In this document: piece by piece, positions 51,882 through 62,666 of the stretch
Position numbering within the stretch: the stretch's first letter is position 1
How the letters are laid out: every line of letters starts with the position of its first letter
Virus record (IMG/VR): IMGVR_UViG_3300035498_000778
Span: 60,893 to 124,892 of that record
Reading direction: 5' to 3' (one strand)
From: a virus
Taxonomy: Duplodnaviria; Caudoviricetes
DNA length: 64,000 nucleotides
Notes under the pieces: generated by a model
The model's input: only the letters and a program-made list of their open reading frames with translations
Databases searched by the model: none
What the model was told of the DNA's origin: nothing
Made by a program: the position numbers and the translations under genes

Positions 51882-53042
51882 TTATCTCATGACAACCATC
51901 ACGTGTTTGTTATCGATTCTTTTCAATATACGAATAAATCCCACGGATAATCTGGGTGAGAAGAAAGTTGAAGTCAGTACACCGTCTTTAAAACTATATG
52001 CCCACTCACTTATCTTAATATCTTCACTGTCGATCGTGTTAACTACAACTTTACCTATCATTGCAATAGCACTCCATTCAGGACGCTTACATCTAGGGAT
52101 GTATTCTAGTGATTCGTCATATTCGTCTGAAATAATTTTATCACCACTGTCATCTAAAATATATGACCCATATATATCTTTCTTATATTTCCCATGCCAT
52201 TCATCATCATAAGCATCTCCTATAATGGACGGTCTCGAACTCACTATCCCAAGCACGTGAGTACTGGTTCCATTTGCGAGTTCAATTTTTCCATCACTGT
52301 TTAGATTAACAAACATTCCTCGTCTGTCTTCATTATTTGGATTACCATCAGCCCATTCAAAATACTCTGCATAGTCAGCACCATCACTTAATACCAAGCC
52401 TTCAATTTTAGCAGCATATACAGTTTCGCTATATATATTAGTTGTAACACACAAACCATCTTTATTCATAGCAAGGATTCCCTCACCATCTGAATTACTA
52501 ATATACATACATCCATCATCTGTATCAACAGTAAAGTCATATGCGACCGTATCATCCGATCCTGACTTAACTGTGAGCTTGTTAGATATAACAACACTGT
52601 TGTCATCACATGACATAACATCACCAATATTAATTTTACTGTCTGTTATATTTATACCGAATGAGGCATCGTCACTAACTTTTATAGATGGCGTGCATAA
52701 CTGTTGAGTTGCCACTGATAAAAAAGGTTTATCATCTAGCCCTAAACGTAATGGTTCATTTGTAGTTTCATCATTAACGGTAACAAACGGTATCACATCA
52801 CCATCGCTATTAACTTGAATACCACGTCTTATATCATCAGTAAAAGAAGATATTATGTCGGGCGTATGGTTATCCTTATATTCATAAGTTATCTCCGATA
52901 CACCTATCTCGCTACTATTGTTACCAATGAATAATCTGTTATTAATCTTATCATAAATAAGTTCGCCGTCATATAATGAAGCACTATTTTGTTCGACGCC
53001 AGCAGCTGTACTCTCGCGTCTAATTTGATACCTAAAGGCCAT
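51882..53042 (-). CDS. Short fibre/appendage protein with peptidase G2 domain
   Basis: QIRR..LYDGELIYD...LFIG start; GADYAEYFEWADGNP..EDRRG. Confidence 0.8.
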   Translation of the reverse strand: MAFRYQIRRESTAAGVEQNSASLYDGELIYDKINNRLFIGNNSSEIGVSEITYEYKDNHTPDIISSFTDDIRRGIQVNSDGDVIPFVTVNDETTNEPLRLGLDDKPFLSVATQQLCTPSIKVSDDASFGINITDSKINIGDVMSCDDNSVVISNKLTVKSGSDDTVAYDFTVDTDDGCMYISNSDGEGILAMNKDGLCVTTNIYSETVYAAKIEGLVLSDGADYAEYFEWADGNPNNEDRRGMFVNLNSDGKIELANGTSTHVLGIVSSRPSIIGDAYDDEWHGKYKKDIYGSYILDDSGDKIISDEYDESLEYIPRCKRPEWSAIAMIGKVVVNTIDSEDIKISEWAYSFKDGVLTSTFFSPRLSVGFIRILKRIDNKHVMVVMR

Positions 53043-53047
53043 TTATA

Positions 53048-53626
53048 TCACTCCTTTATGATTTTATTATATTTTCTTTGGTTATAATTGCTGTCATAAC
53101 CATCCATATATTCTATGTCTATTTCAACCCTAGGCTTAATAGAATAAAACTTCTTGGACGTTCCTTCTATGATGAGAGCATCATCATAAATTAGAATATC
53201 ATTCACCATATCAGAATACGCTTTTCCTAAATTGTCCCAATCAGGTTTCGATATAGGGCGTATCTCACCAAGTTCGGAATCGTATTTCTCTTGCTTAGTC
53301 ATAGATTTCGGGGTTGGTAAATATGATCTTACTTCAAATTTACAAGCAGTTGTTATAAAAGGTAAATCATGTTTTTTAGCATAATCTTCAAAAAAACGTT
53401 TATTATCCTTCGCACCTTTGACATAAAAAACACCAAATCTTCCAAGTTTAGGTCTTGGTGTAGGCTTAGGCTCTATATAAAAAACTAATGATAATTTATT
53501 CCATTTATGAGTATTATCTTTGTCAGTAATTATCTTTCTCGAACTGCTTAATATTTGAAGTCTATATTCAATATCTTCAGGAATATCTCCGTAAGTGCGT
53601 TGATATTCTTCATCTAATTTCATCAA
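53048..53626 (-). CDS. rusA: RusA-like Holliday junction resolvase
   Basis: PKPTPRPK, KPDWDNLGK..D, YDDALI, KFYS..PRVEI. Confidence 0.85.
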   Translation of the reverse strand: MMKLDEEYQRTYGDIPEDIEYRLQILSSSRKIITDKDNTHKWNKLSLVFYIEPKPTPRPKLGRFGVFYVKGAKDNKRFFEDYAKKHDLPFITTACKFEVRSYLPTPKSMTKQEKYDSELGEIRPISKPDWDNLGKAYSDMVNDILIYDDALIIEGTSKKFYSIKPRVEIDIEYMDGYDSNYNQRKYNKIIKE

Positions 53627-53700
53627 TTTTTCACCTCATCATTTTTTAATAACTTTAAATTATTGTTTCAGCGTTAAGAGATTAAGAGCTTTATGGGCTC

Positions 53701-55179
53701 TTAATCTTCTATAAATGGATTGTAAACATACTTGACTTTTAAAGCTCTAATATCTTTACATTTAAGTTTCATTTGTTTAAGTCTAGACTTATATTGATTA
53801 TTCAACGAATTATGAGATAGATCTACTATATCAAATAAATAGCTGTCCTCATTACCATAAGGTCTTAATCTTCCAGCTAACTGATTAGCTATTATAGGTG
53901 ATGAAAAAGATTCAATATTTATTATCGCTCTCAGACGTTTAATATCACTACCAGTACCATTCCCACGTATAGTCGAAATGATAATGTCAGCGTTATTTAT
54001 GACATCTTCTTTTTCTTCACTACTAAGTCCGCTATAGTACAACCCTACGTATTTCGTTTTACCAACGTATTTATTTATCAACTCTTTGAATATCTTTATT
54101 GATTCTACAGTTGACGTAGTTATTAATACACGTCCCTCAATCTTATTGCATAAATGTATCGCATACAGAACCATGTTCAATAGTTTATCATTATATTCCG
54201 AAAGCATTATGTCAAGATACCTGTTAAATGAGAAACCGTAGTTTGTCATACACTTCGCTTGATCTCTCTCGTTCATTTCGCTTCTGTATAATAATGGCAC
54301 GTATATTATATTCTTATCCCTGTCAACATATCCATCACACCCACGTCCAAATCTTTCAGTATTCGCAAATGCTTTTTTGAATATCCTACTTTCTTTATCA
54401 TCGCTTCTATCAAACGTTGCTGATAGATAAAAAGTCTTATAAACATTTGAAAACATATCAGTTCTTAATATATTTCTAAAGCATAGATGAGCTTCATCGT
54501 ATACTTTTATTCCTATCTTTAATTTCTTAATAAAGTCACCTACGCTCTCCCAACCATTAGCTTGCGCGTATGATAAAATTGTTTTATGATTGATGAAATA
54601 GATATCAGCGTCAACTTCACCTTTCAAAATTGATTGTATTGTACTACTTCCAACTATGTTGAACATTCTATCTTCTTTAATATTTGTAAATTTTAAGAAA
54701 GCATTGTACCATTGGTCACGGATGTTATCTACATGTGTGATTATCAATGCCTTCATTTTTAATTTCAAAATAGAATATATAGTGCAAAAAGTCTTACCAT
54801 CACCTGTATTTAATGTTAAAGCTAACTGGGAGCATTTTTTAGTATGCTTATATCCTTTACCACCAGTTAAAAAATTGACACTCTTCTCTTGAATAATGTC
54901 TCTAGGCTCTGTGTTTATGATAACATCTGATAGACGATCATATGGATAATAATCATCCTTGAATACAACAGTCGCGTCAAACAACTCTTCTAACCAAGGT
55001 AATGACATGCCTCTTGGTAAATAAAGAGTTTTAGTATCAACCTCATAATGATAACCTATATTATCATACCTATACTCACCTTCTACCCATACTGAACAGC
55101 ATGTCTCAAGCGAGTGTTGGGAACCGAGTTCATATGGTTGAACTTCAATATGCGTATGATACACATAAATATTAGACAT
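53701..55179 (-). CDS. SF2 DEAH helicase (UvsW-like)
   Basis: PRD.IQ, TGDGKT, DEAH, LSAT, GTGSDI, QLAGRLR. Confidence 0.9.
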   Translation of the reverse strand: MSNIYVYHTHIEVQPYELGSQHSLETCCSVWVEGEYRYDNIGYHYEVDTKTLYLPRGMSLPWLEELFDATVVFKDDYYPYDRLSDVIINTEPRDIIQEKSVNFLTGGKGYKHTKKCSQLALTLNTGDGKTFCTIYSILKLKMKALIITHVDNIRDQWYNAFLKFTNIKEDRMFNIVGSSTIQSILKGEVDADIYFINHKTILSYAQANGWESVGDFIKKLKIGIKVYDEAHLCFRNILRTDMFSNVYKTFYLSATFDRSDDKESRIFKKAFANTERFGRGCDGYVDRDKNIIYVPLLYRSEMNERDQAKCMTNYGFSFNRYLDIMLSEYNDKLLNMVLYAIHLCNKIEGRVLITTSTVESIKIFKELINKYVGKTKYVGLYYSGLSSEEKEDVINNADIIISTIRGNGTGSDIKRLRAIINIESFSSPIIANQLAGRLRPYGNEDSYLFDIVDLSHNSLNNQYKSRLKQMKLKCKDIRALKVKYVYNPFIED

Positions 55180-55265
55180 ATTAATTATCACTCCTTTACG
55201 TGATTGTTTTATAGAATTATAAAATGCAACTAGACCGATAATTTCGGTCTAGTTAATTCATTAAA

Positions 55266-55898
55266 TTACTCATGTATAACTGATATCCTAGCAGAATATA
55301 TGTCGTTCCATTTGTTTTCACCAGCTTCTTTATCATATTGTAGTTTAATCCATGCTATAGCTGCTAGAAATTTACCCCTGAGTGATAGAAGATTCTCAGG
55401 AACTTTATTCTTTGAGCCTGCTAAGATTTCCAATACAGCTTGCTGGTAATTACATATTATGTTAATTATAACTCCATGAAGCATTTCGCTCATAGGAAAC
55501 ACTCGATAATTATTTCGTACACTAGTATCATCCAATGATTTGACAATGTCATCATATTCAGATGTATAACTTGGAACACGCACTCCATTCATGTTACAAT
55601 ATAAAACAGCACTTTGTATCCATTTCACAAGTAGCATATTTCGTTCTTTTTCTATAACTCCAGTATCTCCATCGATTATACACAAAAGTTTTTGGAATAG
55701 TGAGGATTCATCAGCTACATATTGAGGTATATTCATTACTAATCCCTTAAACTCTTCAGGCGCTCTTTCATACATACAATTATATCCCTTCAATACATTG
55801 CATGTTGACTGTAATATACCCAGTAGCACTTGATTGGCATCTATATCATTCACTACTACAACTTCATTTTTTTCATCATTTAATATTTCTTCGTTCAT
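55266..55898 (-). CDS. Hypothetical protein
   Basis: ORF with RBS and late motif at 55925. Confidence 0.6.
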   Translation of the reverse strand: MNEEILNDEKNEVVVVNDIDANQVLLGILQSTCNVLKGYNCMYERAPEEFKGLVMNIPQYVADESSLFQKLLCIIDGDTGVIEKERNMLLVKWIQSAVLYCNMNGVRVPSYTSEYDDIVKSLDDTSVRNNYRVFPMSEMLHGVIINIICNYQQAVLEILAGSKNKVPENLLSLRGKFLAAIAWIKLQYDKEAGENKWNDIYSARISVIHE

Positions 55899-55953
55899 AT
55901 AATTTTCCTCCAATTAATATTTTTTACTAATCTGTTTAATAGCTAATAAAAAA

Positions 55954-57204
55954 CTATTTTTGTTTTTTGAACGTTATTACCGAAGCCAAAGTGAAATCTG
56001 ACGTACTATCATGAACAAATTTATGTACAGCAGACGCAGTCTTATATACTCCATTGTACTTATCATTTAGTGTGAGATCTTCAAATACTATATTGATATT
56101 TTTATTAGGAGTTACTGCTGCTATATCATAATCCGAAACTGCGAAATTTAATTGACATTCCTGACCCTTTACCTGTTGCGAATATGTATCTACTCTATAA
56201 TCATTCATGGTATCATTGTAAATATACGAATACTTACCATCTCCTCTTGTCTCGTAATTACTTTTGAAAGTGTCTAGCTTATTATTAGATGCATCTATAA
56301 TCGTAGCATCAGTACCGGTAATAACATCTAATGCTACTATATTATTAATGAACTGAACTGTGGCATTAGACGCAGCAATGTAATTTGTACTCTCGCCTTC
56401 TCTAATGATTGATCCGTTCTGTGAAGTATCATCACTACCCTTTTCAGAAATTAAGATGGTTGTGTCATGATATTCATTATCCGCTACGGCGTCGCTATAA
56501 GGTCCATATCTTAACATGTAACTCCTATCTAGTCCAAAATAAAGAAGCATACCAGTTTTATAAAATCCATAATACGCATCAAGATACTTTATGTTTTCAT
56601 ATATACTTTGTGGTGGTAATATAATAGTATCATAGATATTGCGATTATCTACCGGTGACATAAGTATCTTTTTACAATTAGCTTGATATAAGAGATATGA
56701 AACTAAAGTGTTGATGTCAATATTGTTTATTATCATATTTGAAGATTTGAGTAAGCCGTTCACTATATCACAGTCAAACAAATATATGTCCATGGAGTTA
56801 GTCATTTTATCCAACTTCTTTGTATCCGATTTATTACCTGACATACGTTTTATTTTTCTCTGAAGGTCTTCAGGAGTTTCATCAATGTATATACCAAAAG
56901 TCTTATTAAATACATCACTTACAAGACTCTTGTGTTTAGTACCAACACGGCAGTGATATTTCTGTAACCTTATCTGAAACAAGATATCATTCTTATCTTT
57001 TATTATCTTGAAGATAGTATTGTACTCCATTATCAAACTTAGTCTAAATATGGGCAGCCTACTGTTTTCATAATAGTCTTCGACTGATATCCCTGTTATG
57101 TTATTAGAATCAATATTCTCAACGCTGCCATCTGAGTAAAGTATATTCATGTAGACTGTGTATCTATATTGCGTAACGATATCTCCTGACTGTATTAAAC
57201 TCAT
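55954..57204 (-). CDS. Putative baseplate/tail structural protein
   Basis: SPVDN..IYD.IILPP...I.YL...YGFY..G resembles jumbo-phage baseplate hub-like proteins; late motif at 57238. Confidence 0.5.
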   Translation of the reverse strand: MSLIQSGDIVTQYRYTVYMNILYSDGSVENIDSNNITGISVEDYYENSRLPIFRLSLIMEYNTIFKIIKDKNDILFQIRLQKYHCRVGTKHKSLVSDVFNKTFGIYIDETPEDLQRKIKRMSGNKSDTKKLDKMTNSMDIYLFDCDIVNGLLKSSNMIINNIDINTLVSYLLYQANCKKILMSPVDNRNIYDTIILPPQSIYENIKYLDAYYGFYKTGMLLYFGLDRSYMLRYGPYSDAVADNEYHDTTILISEKGSDDTSQNGSIIREGESTNYIAASNATVQFINNIVALDVITGTDATIIDASNNKLDTFKSNYETRGDGKYSYIYNDTMNDYRVDTYSQQVKGQECQLNFAVSDYDIAAVTPNKNINIVFEDLTLNDKYNGVYKTASAVHKFVHDSTSDFTLASVITFKKQK

Positions 57205-57368
57205 ATAATCACCCCATAAAATTAATCTATTTATCGTTATATTACTGTTAATCGGTCAAAATGATAAACCAAAAAACAGTTATATATTATAATTGTGTAT
57301 TTACTTATATCGTGGATATACCCATTCATAGATACAGTAAAAAATTATTTTTTTAGGAGGATACTCAT

Positions 57369-57752
57369 ATGAGTACTATTAAGACTATCAATGAATTAAG
57401 AAACGATAAGGACTTTATCACACTAGTAGAGACCATACGTGGTCATAAGTCAGATTGGGAATACCTAATAGAAGATGGGAATGAATATGCTGACGAAAAC
57501 ATATATCTTAAAGTCAGAAATACATCTATCAAAACCATGATGGACCTTACTGACGTCTTATATGAAATGGTTCGCAGTACTAATTCATCTACTAAGCTAG
57601 ACGTGATGCGATTAAAGTTAACACTTGATACAATCAGATGTTGCATCATTAACGGATTATCGATGAATAGTATGGGTGGTTCATATTACCCAGAATTATT
57701 TGCTGGACTAGATAGTAACATCGATGAGTTACTATATGAATTACAACACTAA
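57369..57752 (+). CDS. Early hypothetical protein (stand-alone unit)
   Basis: Early motif at 57281, AGGAGG RBS, terminator at about 57759-57790. Confidence 0.7.
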   Translation: MSTIKTINELRNDKDFITLVETIRGHKSDWEYLIEDGNEYADENIYLKVRNTSIKTMMDLTDVLYEMVRSTNSSTKLDVMRLKLTLDTIRCCIINGLSMNSMGGSYYPELFAGLDSNIDELLYELQH

Positions 57753-57788
57753 AAAAGTAAATGAGGAAGCGTTGCTTCCTCATTTTTT

Positions 57789-57965
57789 TTATATATTTCT
57801 AAGCGTAACTCCATCTTCACTGGGTGATATTATTTCAAAAATATCAGTTGTTGGTTTATCTTCTTGTTCAGTATACTTTGTTATCATGTCCTTAACATTG
57901 TCAAAAGAAATATCATTACTTTCAGATATTCGACGTATGTAGTTCTCATTTAATAGATTCTCCAT
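57789..57965 (-). CDS. Small hypothetical protein
   Basis: GGAGTGG RBS; downstream of 58009-59385. Confidence 0.45.
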   Translation of the reverse strand: MENLLNENYIRRISESNDISFDNVKDMITKYTEQEDKPTTDIFEIISPSEDGVTLRNI

Positions 57966-58008
57966 AATATACCACTCCATTTCGTTATCTACACATTTCT
58001 TTTTTAAT

Positions 58009-59385
58009 TTACAATTGACCTGTTATTCGCTTACATTCGTCAACAGCATATTTTAATGAGTCGTTTATATCTAATCCTTTCTCTCTAGCCTCATCAAATT
58101 TACTATCGAATAAACGAGTACCGGTCATCTCGTCTTCTTTCAGATCGACTATGACGTTAAGTTCGTCATCTTTGAGAGTCGAAGTATCCTGCTCTTCTGT
58201 GTCATCATCATCTTCATCGAACTCTTCCGGATAATATCTGTCATAATCGCATTCATAGTCTTCTTCATCAATGCCATATTGATTATTAACGAAGTCAACT
58301 ATATCATCTTTTATATGATCCCAGTTTTTTGTCATCATTGCTTCTATGTTATCGATTATTGCCTCTAGATTTTTTCTAGTAGCACTAGATAATGAAAAAT
58401 CCCATTCTTTTTTAGTGAAGGATAGTCTATTCATATCTTTATAACTACCAAACAAGATGTATGCAGTATTATTCTCTATCTTTACTGACATACTAGCAAT
58501 AGGCTGGGGAATACAATATCCTTTTGTGCAAGCTAAAATATTTAACACTATGCAATCCGATAGATGTGTATCCCCAGAGCATGACACGTCAGCCAAATAC
58601 ACAGAATACATAAATGCTTCTCCTATATCTTTAGTGTTCATTATATCAACAAACTCTTTTAAAAGGTTAGCCTCTTTTAAGTGTCTCCTTGCTTCAATCG
58701 CAATATTATCATCTGCATGGTTTACTAGTAAACAGTTTAAAGCTAATATTATATGATCAATGAATAGCTCTATATCTCTAGTTTTACACACAACAGTATT
58801 AGCATCAATATCGCATAACGCATCTCTTAGCTCATCAAAATTATCCATGTCAAATATCTTATCTACGCAACATACGAGTCTATCACTATAATATTCCTCA
58901 GCGAATATCAACTTATCACACAGACCTTTGGTATTAAGTATTTGATTTACCCTTTCTTCAAGATCATTAATAGGCTTTTTAAAACGTATTAAGTATCTTT
59001 TTGTTTTACCAGATTCAGATATATTGTCATTCAAATGCGCATATTCAATGCCATAATAAACTATGTATGTTATTAACCATGTTAAACCTACATCTTTTAT
59101 TAGGTTCTTTTTTTCTTCTAAATCATCTGAATTATATAGAACGAAAAAAATAGCATTTATTATCAATTCATCTTCAACAGGATCCGCGGGAATAACATTT
59201 AGATCTAATCCATCCAAAATCTCCCTAGACTTAGAGTCTTTATCTTTTGGCATACTGCTGAAAAACTTTGCCCTATTATGCTCCATTATAGAATTTGCCG
59301 TGTACGTTGAAAATGTATACGCGAGACGTTTAATCTCTTTATCTCGTATATAACGCATGAACTTTGTATCCATTTCATTTTCCAT
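58009..59385 (-). CDS. Hypothetical acidic protein
   Basis: 458-aa ORF, AAGGAGG RBS, late motif at 59426. Confidence 0.65.
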   Translation of the reverse strand: MENEMDTKFMRYIRDKEIKRLAYTFSTYTANSIMEHNRAKFFSSMPKDKDSKSREILDGLDLNVIPADPVEDELIINAIFFVLYNSDDLEEKKNLIKDVGLTWLITYIVYYGIEYAHLNDNISESGKTKRYLIRFKKPINDLEERVNQILNTKGLCDKLIFAEEYYSDRLVCCVDKIFDMDNFDELRDALCDIDANTVVCKTRDIELFIDHIILALNCLLVNHADDNIAIEARRHLKEANLLKEFVDIMNTKDIGEAFMYSVYLADVSCSGDTHLSDCIVLNILACTKGYCIPQPIASMSVKIENNTAYILFGSYKDMNRLSFTKKEWDFSLSSATRKNLEAIIDNIEAMMTKNWDHIKDDIVDFVNNQYGIDEEDYECDYDRYYPEEFDEDDDDTEEQDTSTLKDDELNVIVDLKEDEMTGTRLFDSKFDEAREKGLDINDSLKYAVDECKRITGQL

Positions 59386-59487
59386 ACATTTATCCTCCTT
59401 ATGATTAAAAATATATAACTTGATATAATTAACTGTTAAACAAAAATAAAAAAATAAAGAGACAATGCGCCTCTTTATTTAAATTTC

Positions 59488-59673
59488 TTATTCAAATCTT
59501 TCATCGTAGTCATCATACCCATAAAAGGTATTATCATCCTTTCCTTGACTAGCCATGATACGCTTCTGCTTATAGCTTTTGATATGTATAGTATTCCAGT
59601 CCCAATCACGCTTTGTATTTCCTTCTCGTGTATTAAGTGTACTCTCAACTACGTATTCGCTACAATCATTCAT
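59488..59673 (-). CDS. Small hypothetical protein
   Basis: GGAGG RBS; terminator-like hairpin downstream. Confidence 0.5.
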   Translation of the reverse strand: MNDCSEYVVESTLNTREGNTKRDWDWNTIHIKSYKQKRIMASQGKDDNTFYGYDDYDERFE

Positions 59674-59761
59674 TGTAATCATCCTCCATTATTTGGTATA
59701 AAATTATAATATTAATTTTAAACCGAGAAACTGGAGTCTCTCGGTTTATATTCCAATTAAA

Positions 59762-61816
59762 TTAATCAATTGTTGTATATTCTTTTTTGTAAAATTCCCT
59801 CAATGATTCGGTGCTGACCTGCTCACTGAATAGAATATCATGAATGCTTTCTCCGTCTCTGTTACCAGAGTTAGGAGATAATAATTGATTCTTCAAGTTT
59901 TGATATATCAGACCTGATAAAACTGATTTATTAGTTGTTAGTGCACGGTTTAATGGTATTAATTCATATGGTACTTCACCATCGAACTTGAAGTTTGGAT
60001 ACTCATTTGTACCCGGAACACGCATTAGTGCGGTAACGACTACTTCACCTGCTATAGCAGATGCAGCTATTTTTGCGTCAATTATCAACTTTGTATATGT
60101 CTGAGCCATGTCGTCTGCAGAGGCCGGAATACCATCCTTAGACGTTAACTCCATAATCTCATATAATGGTTTAGTCAACTCATTATTAGCAATATCTACA
60201 CGCATAACATAGTTTTCATCAGCTATATCTATGAGATTTACAACTCCTTCATTCTCTTTTATGAGTTTGACGAGTTCCTTAGATAAGTACAAATGTTTCT
60301 CATTCAATACTGAGATTGTAACTTCATCTGTACCATCATGTCTACGAAATGCAAACGGTTGATTGATATATGTGTTTAAATCGTTGGTGTCATCGTATAT
60401 GTCTTCATGACATAACATTGACTCAGGTATATACAATTCATAATCATTTACGTCCAACTCAACATTGTCACGAACTCTTATCTCACCACCAGCGAAAGAG
60501 AATATATCATAAAACTTATCACTAAATTCTATTTTTTCTGAGCGTGTGGTCAATAAGTGCTTTGCTGAAAGTATGTTCTGATTAACAACCTTAGTTATTT
60601 CTTCAGTCAAATAGATAGAAATACCACCAGCAATATCTACGTTCAATCTAGCATTAGCACCAAAACATTTATGACAAAAAGTTCGTCTACCGTGTATAGG
60701 CCTACATGCACAGAAAATAGGTGACCTAAAATAAACTGTTTTACCAATCAAATAGTCATCTTCATTTGAGTGGACACATTGTAAATTGTCATGGTCATTT
60801 GGGTCAAGAGTGTAATATCTACCTTCGTATTTCTTTAAGAAAGCTTTATCACTAATATATATCTTAAGATAGTGATGCGTACCACAGTTCTTAACTCTAT
60901 CTGACATTCTTACATTTGTACTTATAATAGTCAAGGACTTAGCATAATATCCAGCTTTACCCATAACTTTCTTATTCATAATGTATGACTTACGAGCTCC
61001 AGTGGCATCTAGGTACATATTACTTGGGGTTCTCATACCTCTAACAAGCTGATTACCATTGATAACCTTTGGAACTGTACAACCATTTATATCAGGTTTC
61101 ATACCACCATTAGATGTAAACTCTTGAAGCTGCTGAGCTTTTATTCCTTGACCAGACCTTAAGAATACTCCTATAGCATTGTTTTTCATTGACTTGAATA
61201 TTGATACTTCTTCAGCTACGGTTTTATCCATCTCTGCCTCGATATCAGCAGGCTGGTCAGCATCACTATATTCTGCTACAAATATCTCTTTAAGTCTATC
61301 TGAAGCATCATACGCTTCTATGAAAGTTTCTGTTGATAGAGTCAAATTCATGATTTGGCTGAAGTTGAGTGATATGGAACGTAGATATGTTAGAACTTCA
61401 GAAACTGCTAGGTTCATATCACTACGCTTAACTCCACAGTATAGCATAAGCTTGATTATATCATCTATATAATCATGGACATTCGCTATATTATTACAGT
61501 CAAAGATATACTTCTCTGACAAAAGATTATTCTCATATAATAATGTGAATGGATACCATAGAAATAGATTAATCAAGAAGTGTCTTAACTGGAGTTCGTG
61601 AACCTCAATATCAATAGAATGAAACTTAAACTTCACCATATAATTGCGTAGGCTGCGGTGTTCTATGCAGCCCTTTACTATGTCATATATATTCTCTACA
61701 AAGTTAATGTACTTCTCTTGGTCATCTAAATAATCATAGATACAGTACATAGCTTGTAATTCATCCTCTAACTCTGCTATTGTGCTTATTGCCTTAACAT
61801 CGTTATTGATTTTCAT
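59762..61816 (-). CDS. Non-virion RNA polymerase beta' C-half
   Basis: GARKS..MNK..MGKAGYYAK (bridge helix), NCGT, GRYY, YFRSPIFC...CHKCFG, NQNILSAKHLLTT (trigger loop). Confidence 0.88.
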   Translation of the reverse strand: MKINNDVKAISTIAELEDELQAMYCIYDYLDDQEKYINFVENIYDIVKGCIEHRSLRNYMVKFKFHSIDIEVHELQLRHFLINLFLWYPFTLLYENNLLSEKYIFDCNNIANVHDYIDDIIKLMLYCGVKRSDMNLAVSEVLTYLRSISLNFSQIMNLTLSTETFIEAYDASDRLKEIFVAEYSDADQPADIEAEMDKTVAEEVSIFKSMKNNAIGVFLRSGQGIKAQQLQEFTSNGGMKPDINGCTVPKVINGNQLVRGMRTPSNMYLDATGARKSYIMNKKVMGKAGYYAKSLTIISTNVRMSDRVKNCGTHHYLKIYISDKAFLKKYEGRYYTLDPNDHDNLQCVHSNEDDYLIGKTVYFRSPIFCACRPIHGRRTFCHKCFGANARLNVDIAGGISIYLTEEITKVVNQNILSAKHLLTTRSEKIEFSDKFYDIFSFAGGEIRVRDNVELDVNDYELYIPESMLCHEDIYDDTNDLNTYINQPFAFRRHDGTDEVTISVLNEKHLYLSKELVKLIKENEGVVNLIDIADENYVMRVDIANNELTKPLYEIMELTSKDGIPASADDMAQTYTKLIIDAKIAASAIAGEVVVTALMRVPGTNEYPNFKFDGEVPYELIPLNRALTTNKSVLSGLIYQNLKNQLLSPNSGNRDGESIHDILFSEQVSTESLREFYKKEYTTID

Positions 61817-61836
61817 TTCGATTTCCTCCTAAATAA

Positions 61837-62292
61837 TCATTTTAAGTCATATAGCTTCTTAAACAACTTCAGCGTATCAATAGTGATTTCATCAGATTTT
61901 ATCTGCTGTGCTAATGCTCTTAATGCCGACCTAGTGTATCCTGAGATACACATTCCATAAGTATATATTACCGTTTCTGCATTATCAGCAAAAGCACTTT
62001 CCCATTGATTTATCAGACTATCCATGTACAAGCATTCTGATATAGTGGCAACGACTTCATGTGTCCTGCCTTTTTTATCGACCAACTCTAGAGTAGTCAT
62101 TTCCTCATGTCTGTTGTTTTCGAAGTATAACTCGTATTCAGTATAGCGTGATCTGGATAATACAAATTTTTCTTTATAATACTTATTCATATCCCTTGTT
62201 CGCTCGAATTCTTTCGCAAGAGCTTTGTTATCAGTACATGCATACAGCATGTCATCATATGTTGAAAAGTATTGATATATCTTCATACTCAT
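61837..62292 (-). CDS. Hypothetical protein
   Basis: Translationally coupled to 62289-62666; LYACTDNK.LAKEFERTRDM. Confidence 0.7.
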   Translation of the reverse strand: MSMKIYQYFSTYDDMLYACTDNKALAKEFERTRDMNKYYKEKFVLSRSRYTEYELYFENNRHEEMTTLELVDKKGRTHEVVATISECLYMDSLINQWESAFADNAETVIYTYGMCISGYTRSALRALAQQIKSDEITIDTLKLFKKLYDLK

Positions 62293-62666
62293 ATCTCCAC
62301 GTCGAACAATCTAACATTATCTTTATTAGATTTCTTGGGCTTCTTGTATTTTATACCATTTTCCGCACACGCTTTTGCTAGTTTGTCTGTGAATTCCTTT
62401 TCCCTGCGTTCATAAGCACTCTCAGTTTCATATGAAATTGGCTCGAGATAATCCTCGATATACTCAATCTTAGGAGAGAAGTTTTTATTAAAAACAGACT
62501 TGTCATGATTGGCCAATTTCTCAATCAGCTCATCTAGTTTCTCTAAGTTTGCTATATCCTCTTCCGCAGTTAACTCAGGTCTGGTCATTATACTTCTGGC
62601 TAAATTTCTAAAAATGTATAGCCTATAGTGTAAATCATCCATTCCCTTTTTAGAACCAAATACCAT
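62289..62666 (-). CDS. Hypothetical protein, first gene after the right inverted repeat
   Basis: RBS and ATG are supplied by the repeat. Confidence 0.7.
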   Translation of the reverse strand: MVFGSKKGMDDLHYRLYIFRNLARSIMTRPELTAEEDIANLEKLDELIEKLANHDKSVFNKNFSPKIEYIEDYLEPISYETESAYERREKEFTDKLAKACAENGIKYKKPKKSNKDNVRLFDVEI

